Origin: a virus
Lineage: Duplodnaviria; Caudoviricetes
Strand: one strand, 5' to 3'
Virus record (IMG/VR): IMGVR_UViG_3300018430_000021
Span: 160,001 to 224,000 of that record
DNA length: 64,000 nucleotides
In this document: piece by piece, positions 1 through 9,731 of the stretch
Position numbering within the stretch: the stretch's first letter is position 1
Layout of the letters: each line of letters opens with the position of its first letter
The notes under the pieces: model-generated
The model's database searches: none
Seen by the model: the letters and a program-made list of their open reading frames with translations, nothing else
What the model was told of the DNA's origin: nothing
Program-made: the position numbers and the translations under genes

Positions 1-1722
1 GAATGTGTAAGCGTTACTATTCCAGAAGTATCGTTAAAAGCTGAAACTTACAAATACGGCAATAACTCTAAGGTATATGTTTATCCTGATTATGAAAAAC
101 CGGATGATTTAAAGATTGAGTTAATCGAGCATGTAGTTGAAAGATATACAGATACGAATACAAAATATATCGGTGTCGTCGAGCTTTTGGTAAATATCTT
201 TCTATCTAAACTGTTTGACGCCGCAACATATTCGTATAAGCTGACAGACTATATTCCAGAATTAAGAATCATTGTACATACTAATGATTTTACAGATAGA
301 GTATGTTATTATACGTTCAAGAACTTGAAATTGTCATCATATTCAAAATACACATTGGATTATAGTAGTTCTGACCTTTGCAAGTGGTCATTGGTTTTCT
401 CATATCAGGCTTATACACAAGAATTTAAACCGAATGCTATTCTTGCGGCTAATGACCTGTTTGGCGAAAACAAGTCTATTTCGATGTTCTCCGACCACGA
501 AGAAGCACCTGTAATTGTAGAACCTGCAGAAGAAACGATTACTCCTTCTGAAGCTACTGCTACATTGGAACGTCCTGCTGATGAACCTACACCTGTAGAT
601 ACTGAGACCGCGGAAAACAATACTGAAGCTATTGATACTCCGGTTAATCAGAATGATAATACCGATAAGATTGACGAATTGGCATATCAGATGATGCGCG
701 GTAATCTCGGAAATGGAAAGACAAGAAAAGAAAATGCTAAGACTGCTGGATATAGCGATGAAGAAATTGCCGCAGCACAAGCTATTGTTAACCAGAAAGA
801 CTGGAATGCACTCAGAGACCGTCATAACGCTCGTATGGATGCACAGGCTGAAGTAGTTACTGCTTCGAATTCTAATAAAGTGGAAACTACAGAACCAAGC
901 GTTACTACACCTTCTAAAGCGGTTGAGACAACGCCGGTCAATACCGATGCTTTGGCTAATGCGGCTACTCTCGCAAATGCTAAGGATTTGACCGCCGCTA
1001 ATGAAGGTACTTCTACTGTAATGAAATCCGATACAGGAAAGGATAATAAGTTGACTGCCGGTTCTGACGATAGAATCGACGAACTCGCATATCAGATGAT
1101 GCGTGGTACTTATGATAACGGTAATCCTCGTATCAAGAAGACACTTGCAGCTGATTATACGAATGAAGAACGTAAGGCAGCACAGAAGATTGTCAATAAG
1201 AAAGAATGGAATGCACTTAAGGATCGTCATGATGCTCGTGTCGCTGCAGAAAACGAACGTAAGACTGAAGCTTTGGCAAATGCGAATAATGGATTGACAC
1301 GTGAACCGGTAAAGGAAGAAACAACCCCTGTTGTAGCAACAACCAATAATCTCGGTGGAGATTCTGCAGATGCGGCATATAAGGCAGCATTGGCTAAGGC
1401 TTCTGAAACTAAGCCTAAGGAAAATACCGTATTGGCCAGTGCAACGCCTACTCAGAAATCTGATACTCAGGAAAAGAAAACAAATACTGAGTCGATTTCT
1501 ACAAAGACTACAAAGACTAAGGAAGACGGAAAGATTGTAACGACAACCGCTACAGTCGCACAGTTTAAGGGTTTTGACGCAGACCGAGAAAAGAAGATTG
1601 GCGAATATGCAGCAAAACGTTATAAGGAAGAGCTAGCCAAGGGTAATGTAAAGAATACTCAGATGCTTATTGAAAAGATAGACATGGAAGCTCGTAATGC
1701 TTATGCTCAAGGAAAACTTTAA
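1..1722 (+). CDS. Tail tube-fold (gp19/gp54-like) protein with C-terminal extension carrying two CW_7 (Cpl-7)-like repeats; 5' truncated
   Basis: Frame 1 is open from base 1 (ECVSVTIPEVSLKAETYKYGNNSK...YTFKNLKLSSYSKYTLDYSSSDLCKWSLVFSY), resembling the tail-tube fold pattern. Two repeats IDELAYQMMRGxxxNGxxR...AQxIVN at ~664-840 and ~1069-1245. Lies just upstream of gp15. Confidence 0.6.
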   Translation, partial: ECVSVTIPEVSLKAETYKYGNNSKVYVYPDYEKPDDLKIELIEHVVERYTDTNTKYIGVVELLVNIFLSKLFDAATYSYKLTDYIPELRIIVHTNDFTDRVCYYTFKNLKLSSYSKYTLDYSSSDLCKWSLVFSYQAYTQEFKPNAILAANDLFGENKSISMFSDHEEAPVIVEPAEETITPSEATATLERPADEPTPVDTETAENNTEAIDTPVNQNDNTDKIDELAYQMMRGNLGNGKTRKENAKTAGYSDEEIAAAQAIVNQKDWNALRDRHNARMDAQAEVVTASNSNKVETTEPSVTTPSKAVETTPVNTDALANAATLANAKDLTAANEGTSTVMKSDTGKDNKLTAGSDDRIDELAYQMMRGTYDNGNPRIKKTLAADYTNEERKAAQKIVNKKEWNALKDRHDARVAAENERKTEALANANNGLTREPVKEETTPVVATTNNLGGDSADAAYKAALAKASETKPKENTVLASATPTQKSDTQEKKTNTESISTKTTKTKEDGKIVTTTATVAQFKGFDADREKKIGEYAAKRYKEELAKGNVKNTQMLIEKIDMEARNAYAQGKL

Positions 1723-1746
1723 GAATAAATAATAAGAGGTTTTATA

Positions 1747-2169
1747 ATGGATAAGGAAAATTTTTTAACATATTTGAAAGATAAGAATTCGGCCGACATT
1801 AAGTCTTTGTTTACTTTTGCAGTTGAAACTCTTAATTTCGCTAATCAGGTTCACATCTATCATTGGTCTTGTGAAAGCGGTTTTCATCATACGCATTTCC
1901 AGGAAATTTATGAGAAGCTCCGTGACTTTGCTGATAAGCTTGTTGAAATCTGCCTTGGTAAGGAAGAGTTCTCTATCAATCTGATTCCTGCAGATATTGA
2001 CGGAAAGATTTACAATACTGAAAACGCTCTTCGTAAGCTCCGTAAGTATATTGACGATTTGACCGTCGTCGCGAAGAAGTTTGAAGCTCAGACTGCAATT
2101 AATAATTTGATTACTGATACCATTGAAGCACTTGAAGGCGAATTCGGTTTAATTTCTAAATTCTCGTAA
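1747..2169 (+). CDS. Ferritin/Dps-like four-helix protein (DUF5856-like)
   Basis: NQVHIYHW...HTHFQEIYEKLRDFADKLVE matches the Dps-like HW...H...Y...D..E pattern. GAGG SD present. Confidence 0.65.
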   Translation: MDKENFLTYLKDKNSADIKSLFTFAVETLNFANQVHIYHWSCESGFHHTHFQEIYEKLRDFADKLVEICLGKEEFSINLIPADIDGKIYNTENALRKLRKYIDDLTVVAKKFEAQTAINNLITDTIEALEGEFGLISKFS

Positions 2170-2179
2170 TAGGTAACTA

Positions 2180-3520
2180 ATGGCAATGATAAATTATACA
2201 CAGCCTGGTTTTAAACCACACATGGTTGGTTATAACAAGGCAGGTGATCCGGATAAGACTAATTTTGGTTATCCGCCGAAATATTATTTTGCCGGAACGA
2301 CAAGAGCTCTTTTGACAGCTTTTGGTAATTTCTTTAATGACATTTATATCGGTCGAAGAAATCAATACCAGGAAGTCGAAAAATGGGTTCGTGTTCCTAT
2401 CAAGTACGGTCCTAGAAAGAAGTCTCATGATTTCAGAACAGAACAGGAGACCGGAGAACCGGCATATATTTCGTTGCCAAATATAACCTATAAGCTCGAT
2501 GGCATTAGTTATGCAGCTGATAGAGATTCTGGTGTTTATGAAACTCGTGCATTCTATAATGATGTGTTGACTAGCGCTGGTATCGAATACGAAATGGAAG
2601 AACAGTTCTGGTCTGACGTTCAGCCAGCACCGATAAATCTGAATATTACAATGGAAATCAACTGTGAAGACATTGATGATGTGAATGATATTGGTGAGCA
2701 GATTCTTCCGAGATTCCGCCCAGCAGCGTTCTTAGCCGTAAAGGAATTCTGGTTCTTCAATAAACGTCGTTCTATCAAGCTTAGAATGAATGACCCTGGT
2801 ATTCAGATTGATAACGATGCAATGGGCGAAGAAGACCGTCGCGAAGTCAAGGGAACAATTACGTTTACAATCGAAGGTGTATACTACTTACCGATTAAGA
2901 CCGCGCAGATTATTACGAAAATCAATACGTTCCTTCAGACAGATAAGACTGCTGGTGCTTTATGGCATGCTCAGGCATTCGGTAATCCTAACGGAACACT
3001 TACACAGCCTCATGATTTCTCTAATGTATATGATACTCTCGTAACAAGCGCATACGTGCTTTCTGGACAGCCTGTAACCACTTGGGACGACAAGACTAAG
3101 ACTTCTACTACCGAATATTTTTACACGCGTACGAACCAATTAACGAGATATAATGCTGACGCTAAGTTGCTTGTTAAGGAAACAAAGCAATGGAGCCCTG
3201 CAGATCATCCACTTTATACTACTGAAGAACTGTATGATGATAAGAACTTCTGTTATTATACTTCTGCTGTTCCTCATTACGATGAATGGATAGAGAAAAA
3301 GGAATATATGTCGTTATCTGGTTTTGGTGATAACCAGGATGATACGATTAAATTCGGTAATAAGACAATGTATGATAAGTATTTCCGTCCGTTCTCTGCA
3401 TACTATTCAACATATACAGAAGAAGGAACTGTGAGTGGTATGAATTTCAATTTTGATACGCGAACACAGGAAGTTACGTATAGCGGTAAATACGATAAAT
3501 CAGAACCGAAATTAAAATAA
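2180..3520 (+). CDS. Tail sheath stabilizer/tail completion protein (T4 gp15-like) with C-terminal extension
   Basis: YYFAGTTRALLTAFGNFFNDIYI...VRVPIKYGPRKK...LPNIT and PAPINLNITM...EQILPRFRP are typical gp15 motifs. Confidence 0.85.
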   Translation: MAMINYTQPGFKPHMVGYNKAGDPDKTNFGYPPKYYFAGTTRALLTAFGNFFNDIYIGRRNQYQEVEKWVRVPIKYGPRKKSHDFRTEQETGEPAYISLPNITYKLDGISYAADRDSGVYETRAFYNDVLTSAGIEYEMEEQFWSDVQPAPINLNITMEINCEDIDDVNDIGEQILPRFRPAAFLAVKEFWFFNKRRSIKLRMNDPGIQIDNDAMGEEDRREVKGTITFTIEGVYYLPIKTAQIITKINTFLQTDKTAGALWHAQAFGNPNGTLTQPHDFSNVYDTLVTSAYVLSGQPVTTWDDKTKTSTTEYFYTRTNQLTRYNADAKLLVKETKQWSPADHPLYTTEELYDDKNFCYYTSAVPHYDEWIEKKEYMSLSGFGDNQDDTIKFGNKTMYDKYFRPFSAYYSTYTEEGTVSGMNFNFDTRTQEVTYSGKYDKSEPKLK

Positions 3521-3545
3521 AAAGGAGCTTTAAAGCTCCTTTTTA
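3520..3545. terminator. Bidirectional intrinsic terminator
   Basis: AAAAGGAGCTTTAAAGCTCCTTTT between convergent genes. Confidence 0.8.
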
Positions 3546-6500
3546 TTATTGTCTATAAGAAATTGCAAATTCAGCATCAGCATTATTGATAGTATAATCA
3601 CTGTCACTACGGTCAGATACTCTGAAAATAATTGTATTTATACCATCTTGTCGAGATTCTTCTACAACCATAAAGTGTAAGCCATGTTCACGCGGTCCTA
3701 AAGACTGGTCAAATATAGCAGTTACATTTTTATTTTCTTCCAAATCTGTATCAGAGAATGTAAAACTCGAACCATAATAACTATTGACAGCTTCGAATAT
3801 AACAATAGGTCTATTATTACTATCTAATTCAAGTTCTGGAAGATTATCAATAACACAATCTTCTTCGGTTGTGATATATATATTTGCAGTAGTTTGCGGA
3901 TTAGAACCAGCTAATGGGTCATTTGCTTTATACATATATGTTCTATTATGTGCAGTGACCACATTTTCATTTTCATCTTCTTTTTCAGAACGTCTGAAAA
4001 CCTTAATCCAATCAGTATCTTTATAGGCAGGATCTCGACGACCATTCTTTTTCAATAAGTAATAATTTGTATCATCACCGGCAGCAAACCAAGTCAATTC
4101 AAATACTGGTGGTGTATAATTTTTATTACCAATAATTACATATGTACGTGCATTATATGTAGATACAATATCAGGTAATCCACCATCTTCATATATCAAG
4201 TAGTCAGTACCTAATGCGATTTTGAAATCTGCAATTTGAGCAAATAATGCAATAGGTGTATGTAATGTTTCATTATTATCAACATATGATTTGTTGAAAT
4301 ATGGTCCGACACCAACTTCTTCCAATACAGACTGAGCGGCACCCATCAAGTTAAGATAGAAACCGTTTGTCTCAGAAGTAATACCTGCATAAGTACCAAT
4401 ATCAAAAATCTTTTGCGACCACATATCTGAAGTTATAGATATGTCACCTAATGGTTCACGACCAAGAAAAGCGTCTATGAGTTTAACAATTTTTGTTTGG
4501 TCTTTAGGATCACGCATTGTTAAGTCTACTGGATTGATGGTATATACAGAATAATCTTCTAATATACAAGTAAGTGTACCATTAACAGTACACCATAACT
4601 CTGGCGGTTTATATCCATATTTTTGATTAAATCGTGTTTCTATATAACAGAAATTGATACCTATCTTTTTACAGAAGGAACGCTTAAGTTTTTCCTCAAT
4701 GGAGAATAGATTATTGTAGGCATTTTTAGAAGTTACAGCATAACCATTAGGTAGTAATTCACGTGGTTCAGTTCTGCCATCGATACTAAAGCGTGGTTTT
4801 TGTGTTGGCGTTTCCATATAAGCATGCTTGTTCAAGAATACGTCAGCATACTTATTTTTTGCTTCAGCGCCTTCGATCATCTCAACCCCGAAATCTTCAC
4901 CATAAGCATTATAACGCTTCCAAGTATATTTTACTTGTGCATCCAATGCATTGAACGGGAAAAATACTTTTTCAGCTCTTATTACGCCATCAAAGTTATA
5001 AATATTTTTACTGTCTGGAACAGTCCAAGTATGATTTACACCATTATCATCTGTCGTTTTTTTGGCAGCATAGGTGTCAAGTAAATTCCAGGTATACTTA
5101 TAGTTTCGAACTTCTTGAGAACCACCGAGCTTGTCGAGTAAGAAATCTTGGAAATGAATATCTGTATTTTCGACAAAAACATATGCAAGTTTTCTTAATA
5201 CACGGTGAATAGGCTTTATTTTAAGAACTAACTTGACTATATTATAGGAAAGTTCATTAAACTCCCTAAATGTCAAACCAGTGTCCATAACGTCTACATC
5301 GAAACGAGATGTAAGATAATAACGACCAATGTCAGAAAGCTTACCTAAGTTAGAATTATAACGTTCTGCATTTAATTCATCTTCACGTGCGAAAGATTCT
5401 TCGTGTTCGAAGTTATCTGTAATTTCTCGTGAAGACCAAATTTCGACAAGCTTTACACAAAGACCAATCTGATTCAAGATAAATTTGATACCTCTATAAG
5501 TACCAGCCATCTGGTTATAGTAAGGAATATTCTTATAGATGTCTTTGATAAAGCTATTAAGTTCCAAACCGGTAATATCGCGGAATACGTAATTCTTAAG
5601 AACTTCTGTATCGGTATCTTGTGGGTCTGCCGCTCTTCTTAGACTTCTATTTGTCGAATTCGTTTGGGTTTCTTCCTCGGCTGGAGGCGGCAACTGTTTA
5701 TTTCGAAGATAGAAATTCAAGTCGTCATTGTTCGGCTGAACATTGATACCATACTGCTTACGATAAAGGTCAATAAGTGGGGCTTCCATGGCCTTAATAT
5801 CGTCGAAATTGTTAATACGTGCAAACTTTTCAAGAATACTGATATGTTTACCGTTTGTCATGGAAGTATAAACGGTATTAAAGAAATCTTCAGTAGACTG
5901 AACGAATGAAGCATAATTATCGTTCTTTAAATATTTCGGAACATTCTGTTTGAACTTAATTAAACGGCCTTCAGTTGCGCCAATCCATTCACCGTCCATT
6001 GCAGTAGCAAATGTTTTAGCTTTCAAGGTACCGTCAATTTCTGTGTTATTTACGGCAAGCCAAGCACTTACAACTACATAACCGGATTCATTGATAGGTC
6101 TTACATAGAATGTTGCTGTACCAGTTGTAGAATCATAACGATAATCATCGATAACACCAATACTATCATCTTCCAAAATTACTGTAGGTGCAATATCAAA
6201 TAATTCGGAATTAGGATTCTGAACAATAACTTTGACAGAACCTTCATTAGGCGGGTATACGATTCTGTTTTCAGGAACAGGATCTGTAAATGTAATAATA
6301 AGCGGAGTTACATCACCAATATCATTTTTATTAGTGATAGTTTTCCAAGTATATTCAGTATTGAAAGTTACCGTATTTGCGGCAATATTCCAGACTGTTA
6401 CATAAATCTGACCTTTACCAGGAACTTGTTGTTCGGCAACAATACCATTTAACATATCATCTGTAAGTTTGCTACCATCAACACATACATAGAATGTTAA

Positions 6501-6992
6501 AGTATAAAGGTCAGCATTTCGAGAAATCGAAATGTCTTTAACTGTACCATTAGAAGTAATTAAATTTTTACCACGATTTACTTCATAAAGCGTTAATGGT
6601 TCAGTCTTGTTTAACTTAATGGATAAGTTACTTGGATCTATTGGAGTTTTAGATTCAAATACGATAGTACAACGGTGAACACCAGGAGTAATTGCTTCTT
6701 CGTCATTTTGTGCATTATCGTTTTCAAGTATACTGTTGATACTTGTATATTGAATATTGGAAGATTTTACTACAACAGGAACTTTGTCAATATAAACATT
6801 CTTTACGGAAGAACTCATGACAAAGGACGAAACATCGCTATCAAAGAAAATTGTTCCAGCCGGATATTTAGATTTATCCGTTACTGGTGTTCCATCTGGA
6901 TTATACAGTTGAGTATATTCGAATTTCCAGCTACCGTCGAAGGAACGCCAGTTTGAAAAAACACCGATTGAAGAGTTAAATGTTAATGCCAT
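3546..6992 (-). CDS. Baseplate wedge protein (gp7/P2 gpI-like core) with Ig-like flanks
   Basis: VPKYL...FVQSTEDFFN...KNIPYYNQMAGTYRGIKFILNQIG...KIKPIH resembles the baseplate wedge core. Sits in the tail module. Confidence 0.55.
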   Translation of the reverse strand: MALTFNSSIGVFSNWRSFDGSWKFEYTQLYNPDGTPVTDKSKYPAGTIFFDSDVSSFVMSSSVKNVYIDKVPVVVKSSNIQYTSINSILENDNAQNDEEAITPGVHRCTIVFESKTPIDPSNLSIKLNKTEPLTLYEVNRGKNLITSNGTVKDISISRNADLYTLTFYVCVDGSKLTDDMLNGIVAEQQVPGKGQIYVTVWNIAANTVTFNTEYTWKTITNKNDIGDVTPLIITFTDPVPENRIVYPPNEGSVKVIVQNPNSELFDIAPTVILEDDSIGVIDDYRYDSTTGTATFYVRPINESGYVVVSAWLAVNNTEIDGTLKAKTFATAMDGEWIGATEGRLIKFKQNVPKYLKNDNYASFVQSTEDFFNTVYTSMTNGKHISILEKFARINNFDDIKAMEAPLIDLYRKQYGINVQPNNDDLNFYLRNKQLPPPAEEETQTNSTNRSLRRAADPQDTDTEVLKNYVFRDITGLELNSFIKDIYKNIPYYNQMAGTYRGIKFILNQIGLCVKLVEIWSSREITDNFEHEESFAREDELNAERYNSNLGKLSDIGRYYLTSRFDVDVMDTGLTFREFNELSYNIVKLVLKIKPIHRVLRKLAYVFVENTDIHFQDFLLDKLGGSQEVRNYKYTWNLLDTYAAKKTTDDNGVNHTWTVPDSKNIYNFDGVIRAEKVFFPFNALDAQVKYTWKRYNAYGEDFGVEMIEGAEAKNKYADVFLNKHAYMETPTQKPRFSIDGRTEPRELLPNGYAVTSKNAYNNLFSIEEKLKRSFCKKIGINFCYIETRFNQKYGYKPPELWCTVNGTLTCILEDYSVYTINPVDLTMRDPKDQTKIVKLIDAFLGREPLGDISITSDMWSQKIFDIGTYAGITSETNGFYLNLMGAAQSVLEEVGVGPYFNKSYVDNNETLHTPIALFAQIADFKIALGTDYLIYEDGGLPDIVSTYNARTYVIIGNKNYTPPVFELTWFAAGDDTNYYLLKKNGRRDPAYKDTDWIKVFRRSEKEDENENVVTAHNRTYMYKANDPLAGSNPQTTANIYITTEEDCVIDNLPELELDSNNRPIVIFEAVNSYYGSSFTFSDTDLEENKNVTAIFDQSLGPREHGLHFMVVEESRQDGINTIIFRVSDRSDSDYTINNADAEFAISYRQ

Positions 6993-6995
6993 ACG

Positions 6996-7790
6996 TTAGT
7001 CTTCCCATAATGCGATAGAGTCAAGTGAGCGTTTGTCGAGAACAGAGAACTTAAGCTTTGGCCAGTCGCGTCTACATTGAGCCGCACAGCTTCCGAGCAT
7101 ATAGATTCTCAAGATAATCGGATTGTTGAGAATAATCTGTTCTTCGTTCTTATTCATGTTGTTGATATGTGTATTGAGTTCTATCTTATGCTTCTTTAAT
7201 AATTCAATGCCCTTATTGATAAGGTAATTGGTTGCAAGCTTGATGTCTTCGGCCTTGCAGCTGTCAACGAACGAAGAGAAGTCGTTTGTTTCGATAACAG
7301 CTTTCTTGAAGAAATCGAAATCCTGAACTAACTGGTTCTTGCGGTCCGTAGTTAATCCGATATTATTGGAAGAGAACCATGTATCGATATTGTGATAATT
7401 CCAGAGGAACTTCTTGTACATTGTATATTTGAGTTCCTTGACAGAATCCTTGAAATTTACGGAATAGGTCAGGAAATTAATATATTCTGAATTGTCATCA
7501 TTGCTGATTGCATTATTGATATATTCCTGGAATGTCTGGGTACCTTCGACCTTGATAAGCACGTCCTGCTTATTTACCGGGTTATTTGTCGAGTTGTAGA
7601 TTGTATTGACATTCAAAGTAACCGGAATCTGCTTAGCCGTAGCGATACGCTTGAGGGTTTCGATAAGATTGAAATAATCCGTAGACACATAACCTACGGT
7701 AATGTTTTTACAAATCACGGAGCTCAATTCCTTCTTCGTAAAAGGAATCATTGGGCTATTTACATTAAAAACTTTGCTATTTAACATCAT
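6996..7790 (-). CDS. Hypothetical late protein
   Basis: 264-aa ORF directly behind TATAAATA (7793-7800). Confidence 0.7.
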   Translation of the reverse strand: MMLNSKVFNVNSPMIPFTKKELSSVICKNITVGYVSTDYFNLIETLKRIATAKQIPVTLNVNTIYNSTNNPVNKQDVLIKVEGTQTFQEYINNAISNDDNSEYINFLTYSVNFKDSVKELKYTMYKKFLWNYHNIDTWFSSNNIGLTTDRKNQLVQDFDFFKKAVIETNDFSSFVDSCKAEDIKLATNYLINKGIELLKKHKIELNTHINNMNKNEEQIILNNPIILRIYMLGSCAAQCRRDWPKLKFSVLDKRSLDSIALWED

Positions 7791-7880
7791 TATATTTATA
7801 ATATAGAAAAGTGCAAATAAAATTTAGATAAAAAGAGAAAAACTGTTTAAATTTTTTAAAAATTTGCTATATTTAACAAT

Positions 7881-8327
7881 ATGAAAGCAGTAAGTTGTGG
7901 TGTAATTATAATCGATGAGAAGACACACATGCTCTTGGCATGTCATCCGTCCCATCATCCTTATATCTATGGTCATTGGGACATTCCTAAGGGCCATGTT
8001 GAACGATATGAGGAACATTATGAAACGGCATTGCGTGAATTATATGAAGAATCTGGAATTATTCTTAAGAAAGAGGATCTGTATGATTGCGGAATGTTCG
8101 AATATACAAAATATAAAGATTTGCATGTATATGTTGCTAAGACCTCGGTTGAATTGAGTAAGTTAAACTGTTGCACATATTTTAACGTTGACGGTATGGA
8201 CGTCAAGGAAGTCGATAACTATAAGTTGATTCCGTATACCGAAGTTGACCATTATTATCGAAGTCTACGGCCTATCGTTAAATACTGTCTAATTGACTAT
8301 ATCAAGTCTCAGAAGCCTGTCACCTGA
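7881..8327 (+). CDS. NUDIX hydrolase
   Basis: Nudix box GHVERYEEHYETALRELYEESGI, preceded by WDIPKG. Confidence 0.9.
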   Translation: MKAVSCGVIIIDEKTHMLLACHPSHHPYIYGHWDIPKGHVERYEEHYETALRELYEESGIILKKEDLYDCGMFEYTKYKDLHVYVAKTSVELSKLNCCTYFNVDGMDVKEVDNYKLIPYTEVDHYYRSLRPIVKYCLIDYIKSQKPVT

Positions 8328-8338
8328 CAGGTTTCTTT

Positions 8339-8346
8339 TATAAATA
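8339..8346 (+). promoter_or_regulatory. T4-type late promoter TATAAATA
   Basis: Exact TATAAATA 4 nt before the ATG at 8351, following a terminator hairpin at 8312-8335. Confidence 0.75.
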
Positions 8347-8350
8347 ATGC

Positions 8351-8707
8351 ATGGCAACAATAGCTTCAAGAACAGAATATTTACAGAAAGTTTTGGTCGA
8401 CGGTATACTTCAGTATGACCTTTGTTCGCTTGATGCTGATGATTATGATTTCGGTAAGGAAAACTTCATAGTTGTCAGGGATAATGAAGAATGTAGACCA
8501 GACTTGATTTCTCTTAGAGCATACGGAACCATGAATTATTGGTGGTTCATTATGTGGTATAACGGCATTACTGATATTTGGAATGACTTGAAAAGAGATC
8601 CAGAAAAGCCGTTAATTTTGAAATACCCAGACTTGGAAGTTGTCCGCGATTTTTTGATAAGCATAAAGAAAGATAATAATAATCCTGAGGAACAAAATGA
8701 AGATTAA
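8351..8707 (+). CDS. Baseplate wedge LysM-like protein (gp53-like)
   Basis: ECRPDLISLRAYGTMNYWWFIMWYNGITD motif. Confidence 0.85.
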   Translation: MATIASRTEYLQKVLVDGILQYDLCSLDADDYDFGKENFIVVRDNEECRPDLISLRAYGTMNYWWFIMWYNGITDIWNDLKRDPEKPLILKYPDLEVVRDFLISIKKDNNNPEEQNED

Positions 8708-9167
8708 TTTTACGAATTATATTTCCGAGCTTAATGAAGCACAGATGATGACTATTCAGGATTTGCTTAATAACTTCAGAAAGGTTTTCCCGTATTCTGA
8801 TAAGGACCTTAGCGTTATTACTTTCCATGTTGACGGAAAAGATACGGAAGATATGGTTTGTACAGGAGTTGTTCAGTCTGAATTCGAAGAATTCGGTAAG
8901 TATAAGGTTGCTGTTAAATTCCATAGGGATGATATTGAACAGCCGTTCTCGGTAAAGAATATCGGTGAAGTTTTCTGTGAATGCAAGGCATTCCGTTATA
9001 ATACCGCATATCCGGATGTCCAGTCAAAGACATTCTTCGGTCAGATTCAGGGTTATAACCGTATTCCGAACCGTATAAGAAATCCGGAAAAAACACCGTC
9101 TGTTTGTAAGCATCTTTACAGTTTTTTAATATATTTGTACAATAAAGGATTAATTAAAAATAATTAG
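8697..9167 (+). CDS. SWIM zinc-finger protein
   Basis: VFCECKAF...VCKHL (CxC...CxH). Confidence 0.75.
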   Translation: MKINFTNYISELNEAQMMTIQDLLNNFRKVFPYSDKDLSVITFHVDGKDTEDMVCTGVVQSEFEEFGKYKVAVKFHRDDIEQPFSVKNIGEVFCECKAFRYNTAYPDVQSKTFFGQIQGYNRIPNRIRNPEKTPSVCKHLYSFLIYLYNKGLIKNN

Positions 9168-9174
9168 GAGTTAT

Positions 9175-9666
9175 ATGACTGCACGTGAAGTGACATTAAG
9201 TAATTTTCAGTTAAAGCAGGTTTTTGAAAACCTTTCAAAGAAAATCAACGAACCGGGTGAAGCACCGAAGTATTCTTGGTTCATTTTTAAGACATGCGAA
9301 GTTCTTGCTGAACCGTATGCCAAGATGATGAACGAGCTTTATGACGAACGTCGTGAACCGGATTATTCAGCATTTGATGCTGAACAGAAGAAACTTGTTC
9401 AGAAGTATGCCGACCGTGATGAACAGAATACGATTATCACCGATGATACAGGTCGTCCGGTTATTCGCGAAAACATCGTCGAATTTAGTGAAGAAAATTC
9501 AAAGCTTCTTGAAAAGTACCCGACATTAAATGAAAACTGGAAGAATAAGGAAAAGCATAATTTTGAAGTTCTTCAGAAACGTCAGACTTACAATTTGACA
9601 TGCCTTGAACTAAGTGAGTTCCCGCCGAAGACTCCTCCGTTTATTGTTGGCGTATTCGGATATTAA
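9175..9666 (+). CDS. Hypothetical protein (possible tail assembly chaperone)
   Basis: 163-aa ORF with GGAG SD, directly before the tape-measure-like gene. Confidence 0.6.
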   Translation: MTAREVTLSNFQLKQVFENLSKKINEPGEAPKYSWFIFKTCEVLAEPYAKMMNELYDERREPDYSAFDAEQKKLVQKYADRDEQNTIITDDTGRPVIRENIVEFSEENSKLLEKYPTLNENWKNKEKHNFEVLQKRQTYNLTCLELSEFPPKTPPFIVGVFGY

Positions 9667-9731
9667 TACTTCTGAAATAATTAAATTGGAAACCGGTCTA
9701 GGCCGGTTTTCTTTTTTATAAATATAGAAGT

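Noticed and set aside
400-1230. 276-aa minus-strand ORF
   Set aside because: Antisense to the tail protein; no independent coding signal.
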